Assembly: GCF_000497125.1 (NCBI RefSeq)
Contig: NC_090600.1
Location: forward strand, 1,199,197 to 1,263,196
DNA: 64,000 nucleotides
Reading direction: 5' to 3'
Origin: Spironucleus salmonicida
Taxonomy: Eukaryota
Made by a program: the position numbers and the translations under genes
The notes under the pieces: generated by a model
The model's input: only the letters and a program-made list of their open reading frames with translations
The model's database searches: none
What the model was told of the DNA's origin: nothing
Part shown: positions 52,415 through 64,000 of the stretch, in pieces
How the letters are laid out: each line of letters opens with the position of its first letter
How positions within the stretch are numbered: the first letter of the stretch is position 1

Positions 52415-53878
52415 ATGCAGTACCTTTCCGCCATGTCGGGTGTCCAGTAAAAGGTCCTTTTCACAGTTTTGGCCCTCGCAGTGCCCTGCCTGTATCGGCG
52501 TCTCAGCCGGTCAAATTTCTACCTGCGCGACTTCGCAGTCTACCGCGCCCCCATTTCTTACCAGACGACTGGGACCGAAATGCTTAGGATCGCGCGCAAC
52601 TTCCACTTCTCGGCTGACGCGGCCAGCTTTGTCCGGCGCCTGCACTCGAAAACTGGTCTAGGACCGCGTGTGGCCGTCCCGCCGCATCTGCGCGCGCAGC
52701 AGCATTCGATCGAGGACGCCAGAAAAGAAGCATCTGACGTCATGTTCGCGACGATCGATGAACTGCTGCTGAAAACGCGAATTGTGCCCTCGGAAATCGG
52801 CGTTGTGGTGACGAACTGCTCGCTGTTCAACCCCACACCCTCGCTCGCATCCATGCTGATCAAAAAGTACCAGTTTCCGCCAACCACGCACGCATATTCG
52901 CTGGGAGGTATGGGCTGCGGTGCAGGACCTGTGGCAGTGGATTTGGTGCGGGCCATGATGAAGTTTTACGGCTGCAAGTATGGGCTCCTACTGAGCACAG
53001 AAAACATGACGCAACACTTCTACAACGGCGAGGATCGCTCTATGCTGCTCCCGAACACGTTGTTTAGAATGGGAGGAGCTGCAATGTTATTCACGAGCGA
53101 GAGAAAAGGGTCGAAATACGCCTTGCAGAATCTTATAAAAACACATAACGGACGAGATAAGAGCAGTTACGAATCTGTTTATCAGACTATAGACAACGCA
53201 GGTAAAACAGGTGTTCGTCTAGATAGAAGTATCACAAAGTGTGCTTAAAATGCTCTTAAAAATAATTTGCATAGGTTACTGCCAAGATGCCTGCCTAAAT
53301 ACGAACTTTTTAGATTTTTAGCTTCAAATTTGTATAGGAAAATTACCAAATAGTAGCCTGAGGTAATGCCGAAAATATGTTCCGGAATAGATAAATTCTG
53401 CTTCCACTGCGGTGGAAGGGGTGTTTTAGACGGAATGTAGTAGATGTTTAATCTGAATAAATAATAGATGGAGGCATCTAGAGCTGCTCTGTGGCGCTAT
53501 GGGAATACTTCTTCGGCGTCGATTTGGTACGGACTGGCATACCATGAAAATTAGGGAGTAAAAAGAGGCGATAATATATGGTAGATTGCTTTTGGAAGTG
53601 GTTTTAAAGCGAATTCACTCGTCTGGCGCAGTTTGGGTAGCAAAAACATAACCAAGTTTTGTGATGAAGAATGGAAATGGGATGAGTAAGAAGGATACGA
53701 TTTGATAGACTAAGAGGTACTGGATATCGATTATCATAAGGAAGATGAAGAAAAAAAAGTTTAAGATGAAGAAAATGAGTTTCAGTAGTTCTTATAAAAG
53801 TATTGGGGAAGAATTGAGATTTTAAGGGGGTGCAATATAAGGGATGTTAAATAGGAGATTTGTATGGTCCATGAGTGA
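52415..53878 (+). CDS. FAE1/KCS-type 3-ketoacyl-CoA synthase (very-long-chain fatty acid elongase), 487 aa
   Basis: NCSLFNPTPSL, LGGMGC, STEN, FRMGGAA, FCFHCGGR, YGNTSSASIWY, WQIAFGSGFK (Cys-His-Asn triad). Confidence 0.92.
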
Positions 53879-54436
53879 TGAATTGTAAATTTTTATAATT
53901 AATAATGTGTTTAAAGGTAATATGATATCAAAATAACTTATTTTGTAGTAGATATAGTGTTTAGCTAACTATGTAACAAAATTATATTATTATAATATGT
54001 AATTATATGTTAAAGTAAAATTAAGTTTGAACTAGTTAATATTTCCTTTGAACATTTATAGTCATATATCAGTTGTAAGCAAGGCTGAAGTACAAAAGTA
54101 AATTTTTAAACTAAGTAATGGATTATGAATTTTATAAAAATATTGAATTAACCACACTAATTAAGAACTTTAGTTGGCGTAACTTATATTATGACAATGC
54201 TAGCTTCTATATTATTATATACCAAAAGATTTATTTAATTCTTTGTGTTACATTTCTAGTAAACAATACTATATAAAACTTAGTGATTAGTAATAATAGG
54301 TAAGATAAAGTATGGTTTAAAGCTTCTATTTATCTTACGAAGAATTGGTTCCATGTTCTGCTCCTTGTATACTTGAGGCGAATTTCTATATTCTACAAGT
54401 TAAAAAATATTATTATAGATACATTATTATGAATAT

Positions 54437-54510
54437 GCTCCTGTGGCGTAATTGGATAGCGCACTTGACTACGGATCAAGGGGCTGCAAGTTCAAGTCTT
54501 GCCAGGTGCA
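54437..54510 (+). tRNA. tRNA-Arg(ACG), copy 2
   Basis: Identical to 51512-51585. Followed by AATTTTT. Confidence 0.93.
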
Positions 54511-54518
54511 AATTTTTA

Positions 54519-56420
54519 TCACTCAAAAGCTGACCAATCTACCTTGAAATCTATTCGTTCTGCTGTCAGTACCTCCTCGTCTACGGCTACGGCTGGATCA
54601 CAACGTTCATCTAAACCAAATCCAATACAGTAACCATACTTGCAGACGCTGTAGCGTAACACACGGATAAACTTTGCTGTATCTGGGCTTACCTTTGTCA
54701 GATTCTCATCAACACCAAATAAGGCAATAATCTTGGGTAGGGGATACGAGTTAACCTATCGCTACAATTAAGAAATAGAAGGGAAAAATAACTGCGTTTT
54801 AAGCTGATTCATTCGGTTCAATGCTAATGCTATAGCAGATTTAGATAATAACTTCTATGGTTAAAAGTTAACACGAAGCGCATTTTAGCACCTCAATAGA
54901 CGACCAGTATCAATTATTTATTTTTCTGGGATCTTGTTTATAATATCAACTGAAAACTAACCAGAAGGAGGTAATTGTGCTGTAGTTGGAGAGAAAAATA
55001 CCAATTATCCATGATGTCTTTCAGTAGCACCACATTTCGAGCATAATAAATCTTTAACTGTAAGTTCTTTACACCACGTACAGTATGCTCTGTTATATGG
55101 TTTAAATTTTTAAATGATAAACTCCTTTAATTTATCTTAATTTTGTTAACTCGTATATATTTTAATTATTGCGTCCTTCAATTAAAATTAGAAATAACCA
55201 GTTTTTTGTTCATAACTTACCCACTAAATTATAATAAATTCTTCAAAATATACATTCGAATTTTAATTTATAAGAATCATTCTATGAAAATCTGTAATTA
55301 ATAAATGACTCTACTACTAGGATCCATTATACTCAACTTATGCCTGTAAATAGTATATACAATTTTCTTAAAGTAATAAAAATTTTTTTAATTGGGCCGT
55401 TTTTAATACAATTTTATGATCTGATATATTAAACTATTTATTGAGCTTCATATTTGTACGTTGTGCCTACATTATATCTTTTTTAATTTCTAAAACATTA
55501 ACTAGTTAGAATTGCTCGAGTTTGTCAAAGTTAATACCTTGAAAATACTCAAATTCTTTCAGCATTTTCCAACCTCCTTAAAATCGTGAATATGGATTCT
55601 TTTCAAGGCATTTAAGCGTAAAATTACGAAGATTTTCTGGCATAGCATCAAAATACTTCTCTGCATTATCTTTTAATGCAAAATAAGGAAGGCCAGATGC
55701 TAATTCAAAAGATATAAGGCCAATTCCATAAATATCAGTCGGGGAAGAATAGTATGCTTTAGCATTTTAAATTTCGGGGGCTTAATACTATTATGTACCG
55801 ACAAAAGATTATGCCTACGTTTACCTAGGTGTCTAAAGGTTTGACTATCTTCCTGAAGAAAGGCGAGTACGTCTACGCACAAATGGTTCCAATCCTTTTG
55901 ACATTTCAAATTCGTCATCTGGCATCTTCTTTATAGTTCCAAAATCTGATATTCTGACATGTCCATTTCGATTTATAAGAATATTTTGAGGTTTTACGTC
56001 ACGATGCGAGAAACCTGCATTATGTATTTAACAGAAACCCTCTACTATTTATGCTATTATTATTTGTATATACTTTGGAGGCAGTTTATTATAGGTTTTT
56101 ATTATTTGAGATAAGTCCATTGGAGCAAACTCCATAACAATGATTTGATATTATTCATATGTGAATCTATTCAGTGCCTTAATGACAAAATGTAAGTCTC
56201 TAAAATAAATAAATGCATTTACTTCAGCTTGAAGTGAGTTTTTGTCCGATTCAGTTTTTAATAACTAAGTATTGATTATTTTCATTGCTACCTCCTAACC
56301 ATCTGTAATTTTTGTCGCTCTATAAATAACCCCAAATGCTCCGCTACCTATTTCTTCATGAATTCTATATTTGTCTAGCTCAATTGATTACTCACTACCT
56401 GATAACCCAGGTATCTGCAT
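54519..56420 (-). CDS. Ser/Thr protein kinase with C-terminal extension, 633 aa
   Basis: [29 protein letters not shown]. Confidence 0.9.
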
Positions 56421-56451
56421 TTCAATTAGAAAATAATATATAATAATATAT

Positions 56452-59400
56452 TCATTCGCCTTTTAGTCTGGATCTAATTTAACCAACTCTTTATCTTTAA
56501 ATCTTCTTTCGATATAAATCTTACAAATACAGGTTATCTCTCATTTATGGTTCCACACTAAGCCATAAAGTATGTAATTCTATATTAGAATCCTCAGATT
56601 CTTCAGTTAATTCATATACCCGATAAAATTACGATTGTATAAGATAACATAATCCTACTTATCTAGTGATATTTCTGCGTTCAATAAACCCTTTGATTAT
56701 AGACTAGATGAGAACTATACTTTCTTAATATTGCAACTACTTATGTCTAACTAAAAATCCAGATGAATTTCTCTATATTATGGAAATACTATTTTTGGTA
56801 TGGGTAAATTAATTTTTGGACTGAAACTCTCTTACAAACATTTAAATAAATATTGTTGCACTAAATTCAATTTAAAATTTATATTTTTCGATATATCGTC
56901 TCCAGTTTTTTCTTATTACTTTTACTGAAAATTATAATTGCAAATTATTACGTAATATATTTATCATTTTAAAATATTTCTATATTATAGAGCACGAAAC
57001 TTTAATCTACTCAAATTTTTAATTTTTAAGATTCTGGTCCCCTCGATACAAACAAGTAATGACTTGGCAACTTCTTTCTTAATAGCTTAAGTTTCGTTAA
57101 ACCAAAAACTATTTAATATTTCTAGAAATAAAACTAACGACAGTTGTTTTCTTCTTAAATTTCTAATTCATGCTGAAATACCTATAATTTTTCTATACTA
57201 CTATACATGCTAAATTCCATATTGTTATTATTTCATTTGCTCTATTTTAAATACGAATCTGTGGTACTATACTTCTTTGAATTAACTTTGATAGTTTTGA
57301 AATACTGTCCAATTCTTTTCGCGCTGATTTTCCTCTAAATATTGCCTGAATTTGAACAACAGCAATGAAATGCGAAATAAATTCTCTTCTCGCAAGTGAC
57401 TTTCTATATTACGTTTAAATTCGTAGTGCTGCACGAATTTACTTAATATTATTCTTATCAAAAAAGTATTAAGTAATATGTTTTTTTAAGATTTAGACTG
57501 CGTTTCTAACCAGAATAGATGGTTAATTCATAAGGTTAAGTTGGTATTATTATTAAATGATGAGTGCCGCTAATTTGATATCTTGAGTATAATATTAAGC
57601 AGATTTTTATCTGAAATAAGACTGTATAATAATAACTTTTTATATAAATTTTTTTTATCTGTTAGCGATGATAAAATATTATAACTTCCAGGCTGCCCAG
57701 TTAACTAAATGGTTATTTTTGTTTACATTAAATTATCTAATGAAGGACTAAATCTTAGTTATTTGGTAAATTTTGTACTCACCAATAATAAATCTTCTTC
57801 TATAAAAATTTTAAAGTTTAATCGCAGCAAATTTAAATTAAATAGTAATTTTTAATACAACTTACTTAGGTTATGTTTACAAAATAGGATATGAGTCCAC
57901 GGAAACGATCTCGACTGTAAATATTTATAATAATTACATCATCTTATATTATTCTGTTGGAGATTAAATATTCTATATCTAATTTAATAAGATATATGAA
58001 TTAACAGTATTTTATTAGATAACGTCTATATTTTCGGAAGTAATTTATTTTTCAGTAGGTTTTATAATATCTTCTAAAACAAGATTGTCATTTGACGTTT
58101 CAATTTGTATCGTTCCTTAAAGAATGAATTTTGATCTATTTTCTTAAAACTTATGTTGTGTTCTTTGATTATCATATTTCTGGTTTGAATGCTGACTATT
58201 TGAACAAGAAATTGGCCTAGAATCGATTGATTATAATTTATTTTTACTAGCAGAAACCGACCTACCTAAAATTTACAAAGGTCGTGATAGCTTGAGGTCT
58301 TATTTTTCATGATGATTAGTTTCTAACCTAAAAGTTGTAGTAATTTCAGATAGTTAAAGGCGGTCTTTTTTACTCAATGAGTCATTTATATCTTATTCAA
58401 ATGTAACCTACTTTTAAGAATTAATATAGTCCTGTTTGGTTTTAAGTATTAAAGATTTTTCTTAGGCTTATGATAAAGCTAAAGAATTCTCAATACTGTT
58501 AATTGAAAAAGGAATGGTTTCTAACTAAGATTTATTCGCTTATTATTATAATGTTCCTTAGGTTTTAGAATAATGAATAACAATTTCTTCTACATTGTGA
58601 ACATATTTTTAAATTAAAGTTGTAGCTTTCGTTATTTTAAGTAAAACTATCATATCTTTAAAATAATTTCGATAATGCTATTATAAAATTAGTGAACTAT
58701 TTTTCATTTATTATAATTTAATAGTCGACAATCTTCCTTACATGAAACGTTAAATTGTTATAATTTATGGAAAATTTGCATTAAATTACTGTAAAACCAA
58801 CATACTTCTGAACTTACTTTAAATTTGAATAACTTGATGTATATCCTTTATAGAAAAATGTGAACTTAATTATCTGTATGATTTTTATATTAATAATACT
58901 GCATCTAAATATTTTACCATTTATTTTTAATCTATTATTTTTAAAATTAATGATTAAATTTTACAGATATGATTTTTTTTAGTTTTAGCTAATTATACAG
59001 CCAAGCTACCTCTAAATATCTTTTAAATCATTATTGTTGCCTACTTATTTTAAATAAATTTGGTTCGTAAATTTATTGGGTATACTTTGCAGTTTGCTAA
59101 ATTAATTATTTCCTTTGGACTAATATAATGTTATTAGCTATATTTAATAAACTCTTTGTTGTAGGGTAGAATTTAATCAAATTTTCTTGATATTGGTTTC
59201 GAATCTAATTTTTTGCCTAAAGCATTTGATGTATTATTCTCTTTTAAAGTTTCTGAAAAAGCGACAAATTGGTCAATATATTTTACAAATTATGTTGGTG
59301 CAAACTAAAATTTATTAAGCAATTTAATCAGTAGATCTTTTTAGTCTATTAATTTTTACCTTTCTAGCTGCCTAAGTTATAATGGTAGACCATTTAATGA

Positions 59401-62400
59401 TTCTTCATGTTTAAGAACTTTTAATTGAGAACTCATGCTATCTAAAATTGAATTTTCTTTGGTTATATGTAATTACAAATTTTGTAATTATATTATACTT
59501 GAAATATTAGATTATTAAATTAATTCCGCAGTGAGGAGAGATAAAGTTTTCTATGGCATTTGCTTTAATCTATTAAGTATAATTGTCTTTTATTCAGGTA
59601 TGTTAATTTCTTACTATAAAAAAATTTATTTAGCCTACTAATTACGTAAATTTTAAATATCCTAGAATGATATTTTGTTATCGAAGAAGTCATTGCTTAA
59701 TAAATTATCAAATATTTTATTGGCTTCCTGAATTGTGATTTATTTTGATAATAGATTAGTGGCTGAGTAAAATCGTGGAATAACTGTGTTATATTGATTA
59801 CTCTTTCTAGATAAATATTTTTCTTCTTTATACTTATAGTGATTATTTCGCTAAATATTTGACCAAGTATCTATTTTACCCTTTTTAAAAGTGTCTTTAA
59901 GTTTAAACATAACATAATCAGGTCTTTATACTTGCTTATAAATAGAAGCTTTGGCTGAATTCAATGATAAATATGGATATAGTTATTATTATTAAGCCGG
60001 ATGCATTGTATTAACTTGCATTAATGAATTTTTCTTAACCATATCAGATTTCAATGGTTAATAAGAAGGGAAAATAGTTCTATTAATAAGTAGCCTTTAT
60101 GTTTAGTCTATTACAATTTCATAGAATGAATTATTTTATCTAACTAAAGACAAGCACACATCCTCAGAAACTGTTATTTATGGTGCAAAATAAGTATTTC
60201 GTCTCAAATATTTATTTTATTATAATTTCAAGCTAATAATTGGCTTCTGTTCACCATTCTATTTAATAATCTATGTCTATCTTTAATCATTATATAATTT
60301 TCCAGAATTCTTCTCATAGTCTGCTGTATATAATATTAATCTACCAGAACCCTTCAATTATGAAGGTTTCCTCTCAAATTATAGTCTCTCAATAAGTGAA
60401 CGAGCAAGCTTATTAATAATCAAACTGCTTTTCTGCATAAATTTATAGTTCCTAAAAGTAAGTAATGTTTTAATCATATTTTAAATGGCTTAAGCTGCTA
60501 GGATTTCATGATTTAATTTCCTATTTGATATTTACATTTAAAATGCTGACTTTACAATATATGCACTTTTAACTCCTAGTTAACATACATTAAGCATTTT
60601 AAAATCCTTATAAAATCGCTAAATATAAATACTGCTCATCTTCAGATCCAAATACTAATTTCTCTGATAATTCATTTTGTAAAATTAACAAATTTTTAAA
60701 GCTCCATTTTATAGCTTTGAATAGTTCATTCTGGCTTAAAATCCTTTATATAAGGTTCCAATTTTTAAAATCGCGCGTTTTTTCATATTGAATTATGAGA
60801 ACCTTAAATAACCATTAATAAATTTTTAAATACAAATTAATTATTTAATTGAATTTTTGTATCGTACAATCGCACTATTCATATAATAAAACTTTTATAT
60901 CATAATAGAACTTTCAACTAGTGGAACCAATTCCTTTTTAGTATTTCTCTAACGTATTAAATCCTGTAGTTTACATACTAACATCGTTTTATTTTGATTC
61001 ATTTTCTTTTAGATTTTGGTGTAAAATGCGATTTAAATGATCAAAATTTTACAAATTTTGTGAACGAGAATTTTACGTGAAGTTAATCCTCTATACTGCT
61101 TCTAAATAGTCAAAACAGCATTAAAGGATGCTGCTTTCAATTTTTACGCAAAAATACGCTTGAAAAAAACCTATAGAATTAAAATCTTTTAAAGTTTATT
61201 ATTATATCTTTATTAATATATTAATGTTCTAGCGAATTACTGAATTCGCAATATCTAATATTAGATAATTTAAAGCCTAGTTTTTCGCTATTTTTTAATT
61301 AAATTTTTTGTGTTTCTATAGAAACCTTATAGCATAATGGCGGCGGATTTTTCTTGATCCAGCTACGTCCCAAACTATAAATTTTAACTGCTGATGTCAA
61401 AGTCATCGATTTGGCCCAACTGCTTAAAAAGTTTTGACAGGTGCTAATTTCCGTGTTTTGGTACCTTTTGGCTTTAATTAATGATGTCTTCAAAGGGTTG
61501 AATCAGCCTCTCATATTTGAATTGACAAATAATTAATGCACTTTTCTGATCAAAACTAACAGAAAAATCTGGAGATTTTCGCTTCAAATGTTCCAGCTCG
61601 TGACGCTAAAGAAGCTGACTTCTGGATCGAAAATTTTAAGTTTTTAATTGCAAAATAGGGGACTGGTCCACCTGAAAATTCTAATTAACGAGCGTACTGG
61701 CGCGCGCCACGGGAACCAATTTACCGCCCTGGTATGTTCTGCCGCTTCGGAATAGCTTATCGTCGCTACTTACCTTCATTTCGTTCTAAAACGGCGTTTT
61801 AAGAAGATTTTAGGCCGATTTTTTGTAGTACTTGTTGGAATTAGACCTTGGGGGGTGCGGTTTTAACTTGGGTACCTGTGTAGAATCAGCTAAATCGTCT
61901 AAATTTTTGAATTTTAGCTTGTCAATCTAGTTCAAATCGCCGTATTTTTGCACCATAAAGTCATTTAAACGTTTATATTTGCCGTTTTCGATGTAACCTT
62001 TAAAGTCTTTGAAAAGGCGACGGGCTAAATCTTCTGCTAGCTGAAGTTATCGGAATGCCCAAGCAATAATAGGCTGTTCAAAAATATTTTCGTCTGATTT
62101 AAAGTATTTAATAGAATTTTAAAGACACTCATCAAAGTAATTATACCAAATGAAAACTGAGTCATTCGACGTTTTCAGACCACAAAAAATAAGACCTAAT
62201 AAATGCGAAAGAATAACCTTGCATAATGGTACTTTGTTACCTTTAAACATAAAATCAAACTAGTTTGGTAAATATGTGAAAGCTTGCAATGCTAGTTTAG
62301 CATGCGGGAGAGCCTCTTTATATCGATAAGCGTATTGATAAGCATATGCTAAATTTATGTTTAAAGATAACCCCTCATCAAGTCCTTTGGGGTCAAATTA

Positions 62401-62886
62401 ATATGCTTCTTCTAGAGTTAACAGAGTAGGCTCTGGTTTTTTAAGATAATTAAAGGCTTATGCTTTGATTATCATTAGTTACTGAATTAAAGGTTTGGTA
62501 AGCGGAATCTTACATTTAGTAGTGAATAAAGTCAAATGGTTAAACAGAAAAATTGCATTCTCTGGTTATTTCTTTGAAAGCCGTGATAAATCAATTATTG
62601 CCGCATGCAAAAACTGCAATACAACATGTTAAGTTTACTTACAATGCTAATAGTGAGTTATCAATTTTAACATTGCCTTGGAAATATATTTGTATACTAG
62701 TTCATCTGTTTGCTTGTCTTAAAAATTGCTATAAAACGATAATAGGCTTTTTGTTATCTTAATAATGTCTTCAGCTTCTCCAAATTATTTCATCTACTGT
62801 ATTATTTCCTATTTTGTCTCTATTTAGAGATCTGAATAGTAAATATATGGGGAACCAAAAAACCATGGTTTTGATAATGCTTTCAT
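56452..62886 (-). CDS. Large IQ-motif protein (~2144 aa)
   Basis: ATG 62886 (MKALSKPWFFGSPY) and TGA 56452 are in one frame, and about 20 sampled lines were open. IQ motifs AVVQIQAIFRGKSARK (~57360) and AAIMLQGFYRNT (~61340). Not every codon was checked. Confidence 0.65.
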
Positions 62887-62925
62887 TTGAAATTTTTGAG
62901 ATAATATATAATAATATAATAATAA

Positions 62926-64000
62926 TCATTCAGTCGCTACAAAATAAAATACAGATTGTAGATCATCTAAATCTTTGGAAAGGTGGAACTCGCCATGCAT
63001 AGTATCGCACATTTGATTTAATGCCGTATAATCAGTATCGCCGAATGCAACTACGTGCAAATCCATATCTTCCTCTAATTACTTATAAACGATCTCAGAT
63101 TTTTCCGAATCGTATTTAACATCCCCATCGGTAAAAACAATGCAAATTTGCTCATAACTCAGTGCTTTCATATCACCTTTATACTACACCTTGCTGCAAG
63201 CTATGATTCCACTCAAAATGTCTGATTAACCAGCAACTTGAATATTATTAATTTTCTAAAATATTAGCTGAATATTCTAAACTTTATCGAGCAAAATAGT
63301 AGCCTCCGAGTTAAAAATGATCAGACTAAAAATATCGTCCACATAGTTTTGCCTATTTCTCAGATAAAGGATTATCCGGTCTATTACGGCCCCGAACAGA
63401 TTCCGCCATTCGTTCTTGAAATTCACAGGTTCGTACAGGTTTTTCATGCACGAATTCATGCTCCCAGACGCATCGACCACAAATACCGTGTGACGCTTCG
63501 ATTTAAACTAGAACTTCAACGGCGTAAAACAGTCCAATTCGAGGTTTTTGACGGTCTTCGACACCGTCCCATACCGAACCCGTTTGACTACGCCCTGTAA
63601 ATTCGGTGTCAGGCGCAGACAAACCTCGTAGCTGCGCTTCTCGCGCGGCAGTTCCTTGTCGAGTTAGTCCAGTGACAGATGGAAGCCGCCGATCGGGTCA
63701 GACGACCCCTTGTAGACGTGGAATTCACCGTATTCCTCAATCTCAGCAGCCTCAAACTAGTGAATCACTATATCCACGAAATCGTCTTTCTGGTGCGATG
63801 GCAGCGCCGCAATATAGTTGATCACGAAGTCCTCGGCGTTGTCTGCGAAGTAATCCCCAGGCTTGATGAGGATTTTGCATGCGTTCACGACAAATGTCTT
63901 TCCGTTTTGCTCCAGGAACGTTAATTCGATGTTCCTGATATCAATTTTGGAGTCGAACTGAACAAGTGTCTCTACGCCGAAAAAGTGCGCGCTCTGTGTA
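62926..64000 (-). CDS. von Willebrand factor A (VWA) domain protein, partial (starts beyond window)
   Basis: MIDAS motif FVVDASGSM, FSLIIFN, IVFTDG. Ends FVATE-TGA. Confidence 0.8.

Noticed and set aside
1-64000. CRISPR arrays, rRNA, retroelements, spliceosomal introns
   Set aside because: No regularly spaced repeats, rRNA-like sequence or RT motifs were seen. All called genes close in one frame without needing an intron.

Overview
AT-rich, gene-dense, apparently intron-free eukaryotic DNA that uses the alternative code TAA/TAG=Gln with TGA as the only stop. This fits a hexamitid diplomonad (Spironucleus/Hexamita-like); the species cannot be fixed from sequence alone. The supplied standard-code ORF track is therefore mostly fragments or shadow ORFs. 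Re-reading with TAR=Gln gives about 45 CDSs, including IFT144/WDR19, IFT57, katanin p80, centrin, TEX9-like, RPB11, NOP14, TRM1, a PUF protein, a Trf4-like nucleotidyltransferase, nitroreductase, M18 aminopeptidase, a FAE1/KCS elongase, a Ser/Thr kinase, an HMG-box protein and a ~2100-aa IQ protein, plus two identical tRNA-Arg(ACG) genes. The outstanding structure is a 2346-bp, very GC-rich, near-identical inverted duplication (29291-31636 / 40083-42428) around an 8.4-kb spacer. It carries a bacterial-type GH13 alpha-amylase, an orphan gene and the 3' end of the aminopeptidase. The aminopeptidase switches from AT-ending to GC-ending codons almost exactly at the repeat boundary, which suggests ongoing GC-biased gene conversion and possibly an invertible segment. 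Coordinates were derived by hand. Long ORFs were checked by start/stop frame agreement and spot translation, not codon by codon.
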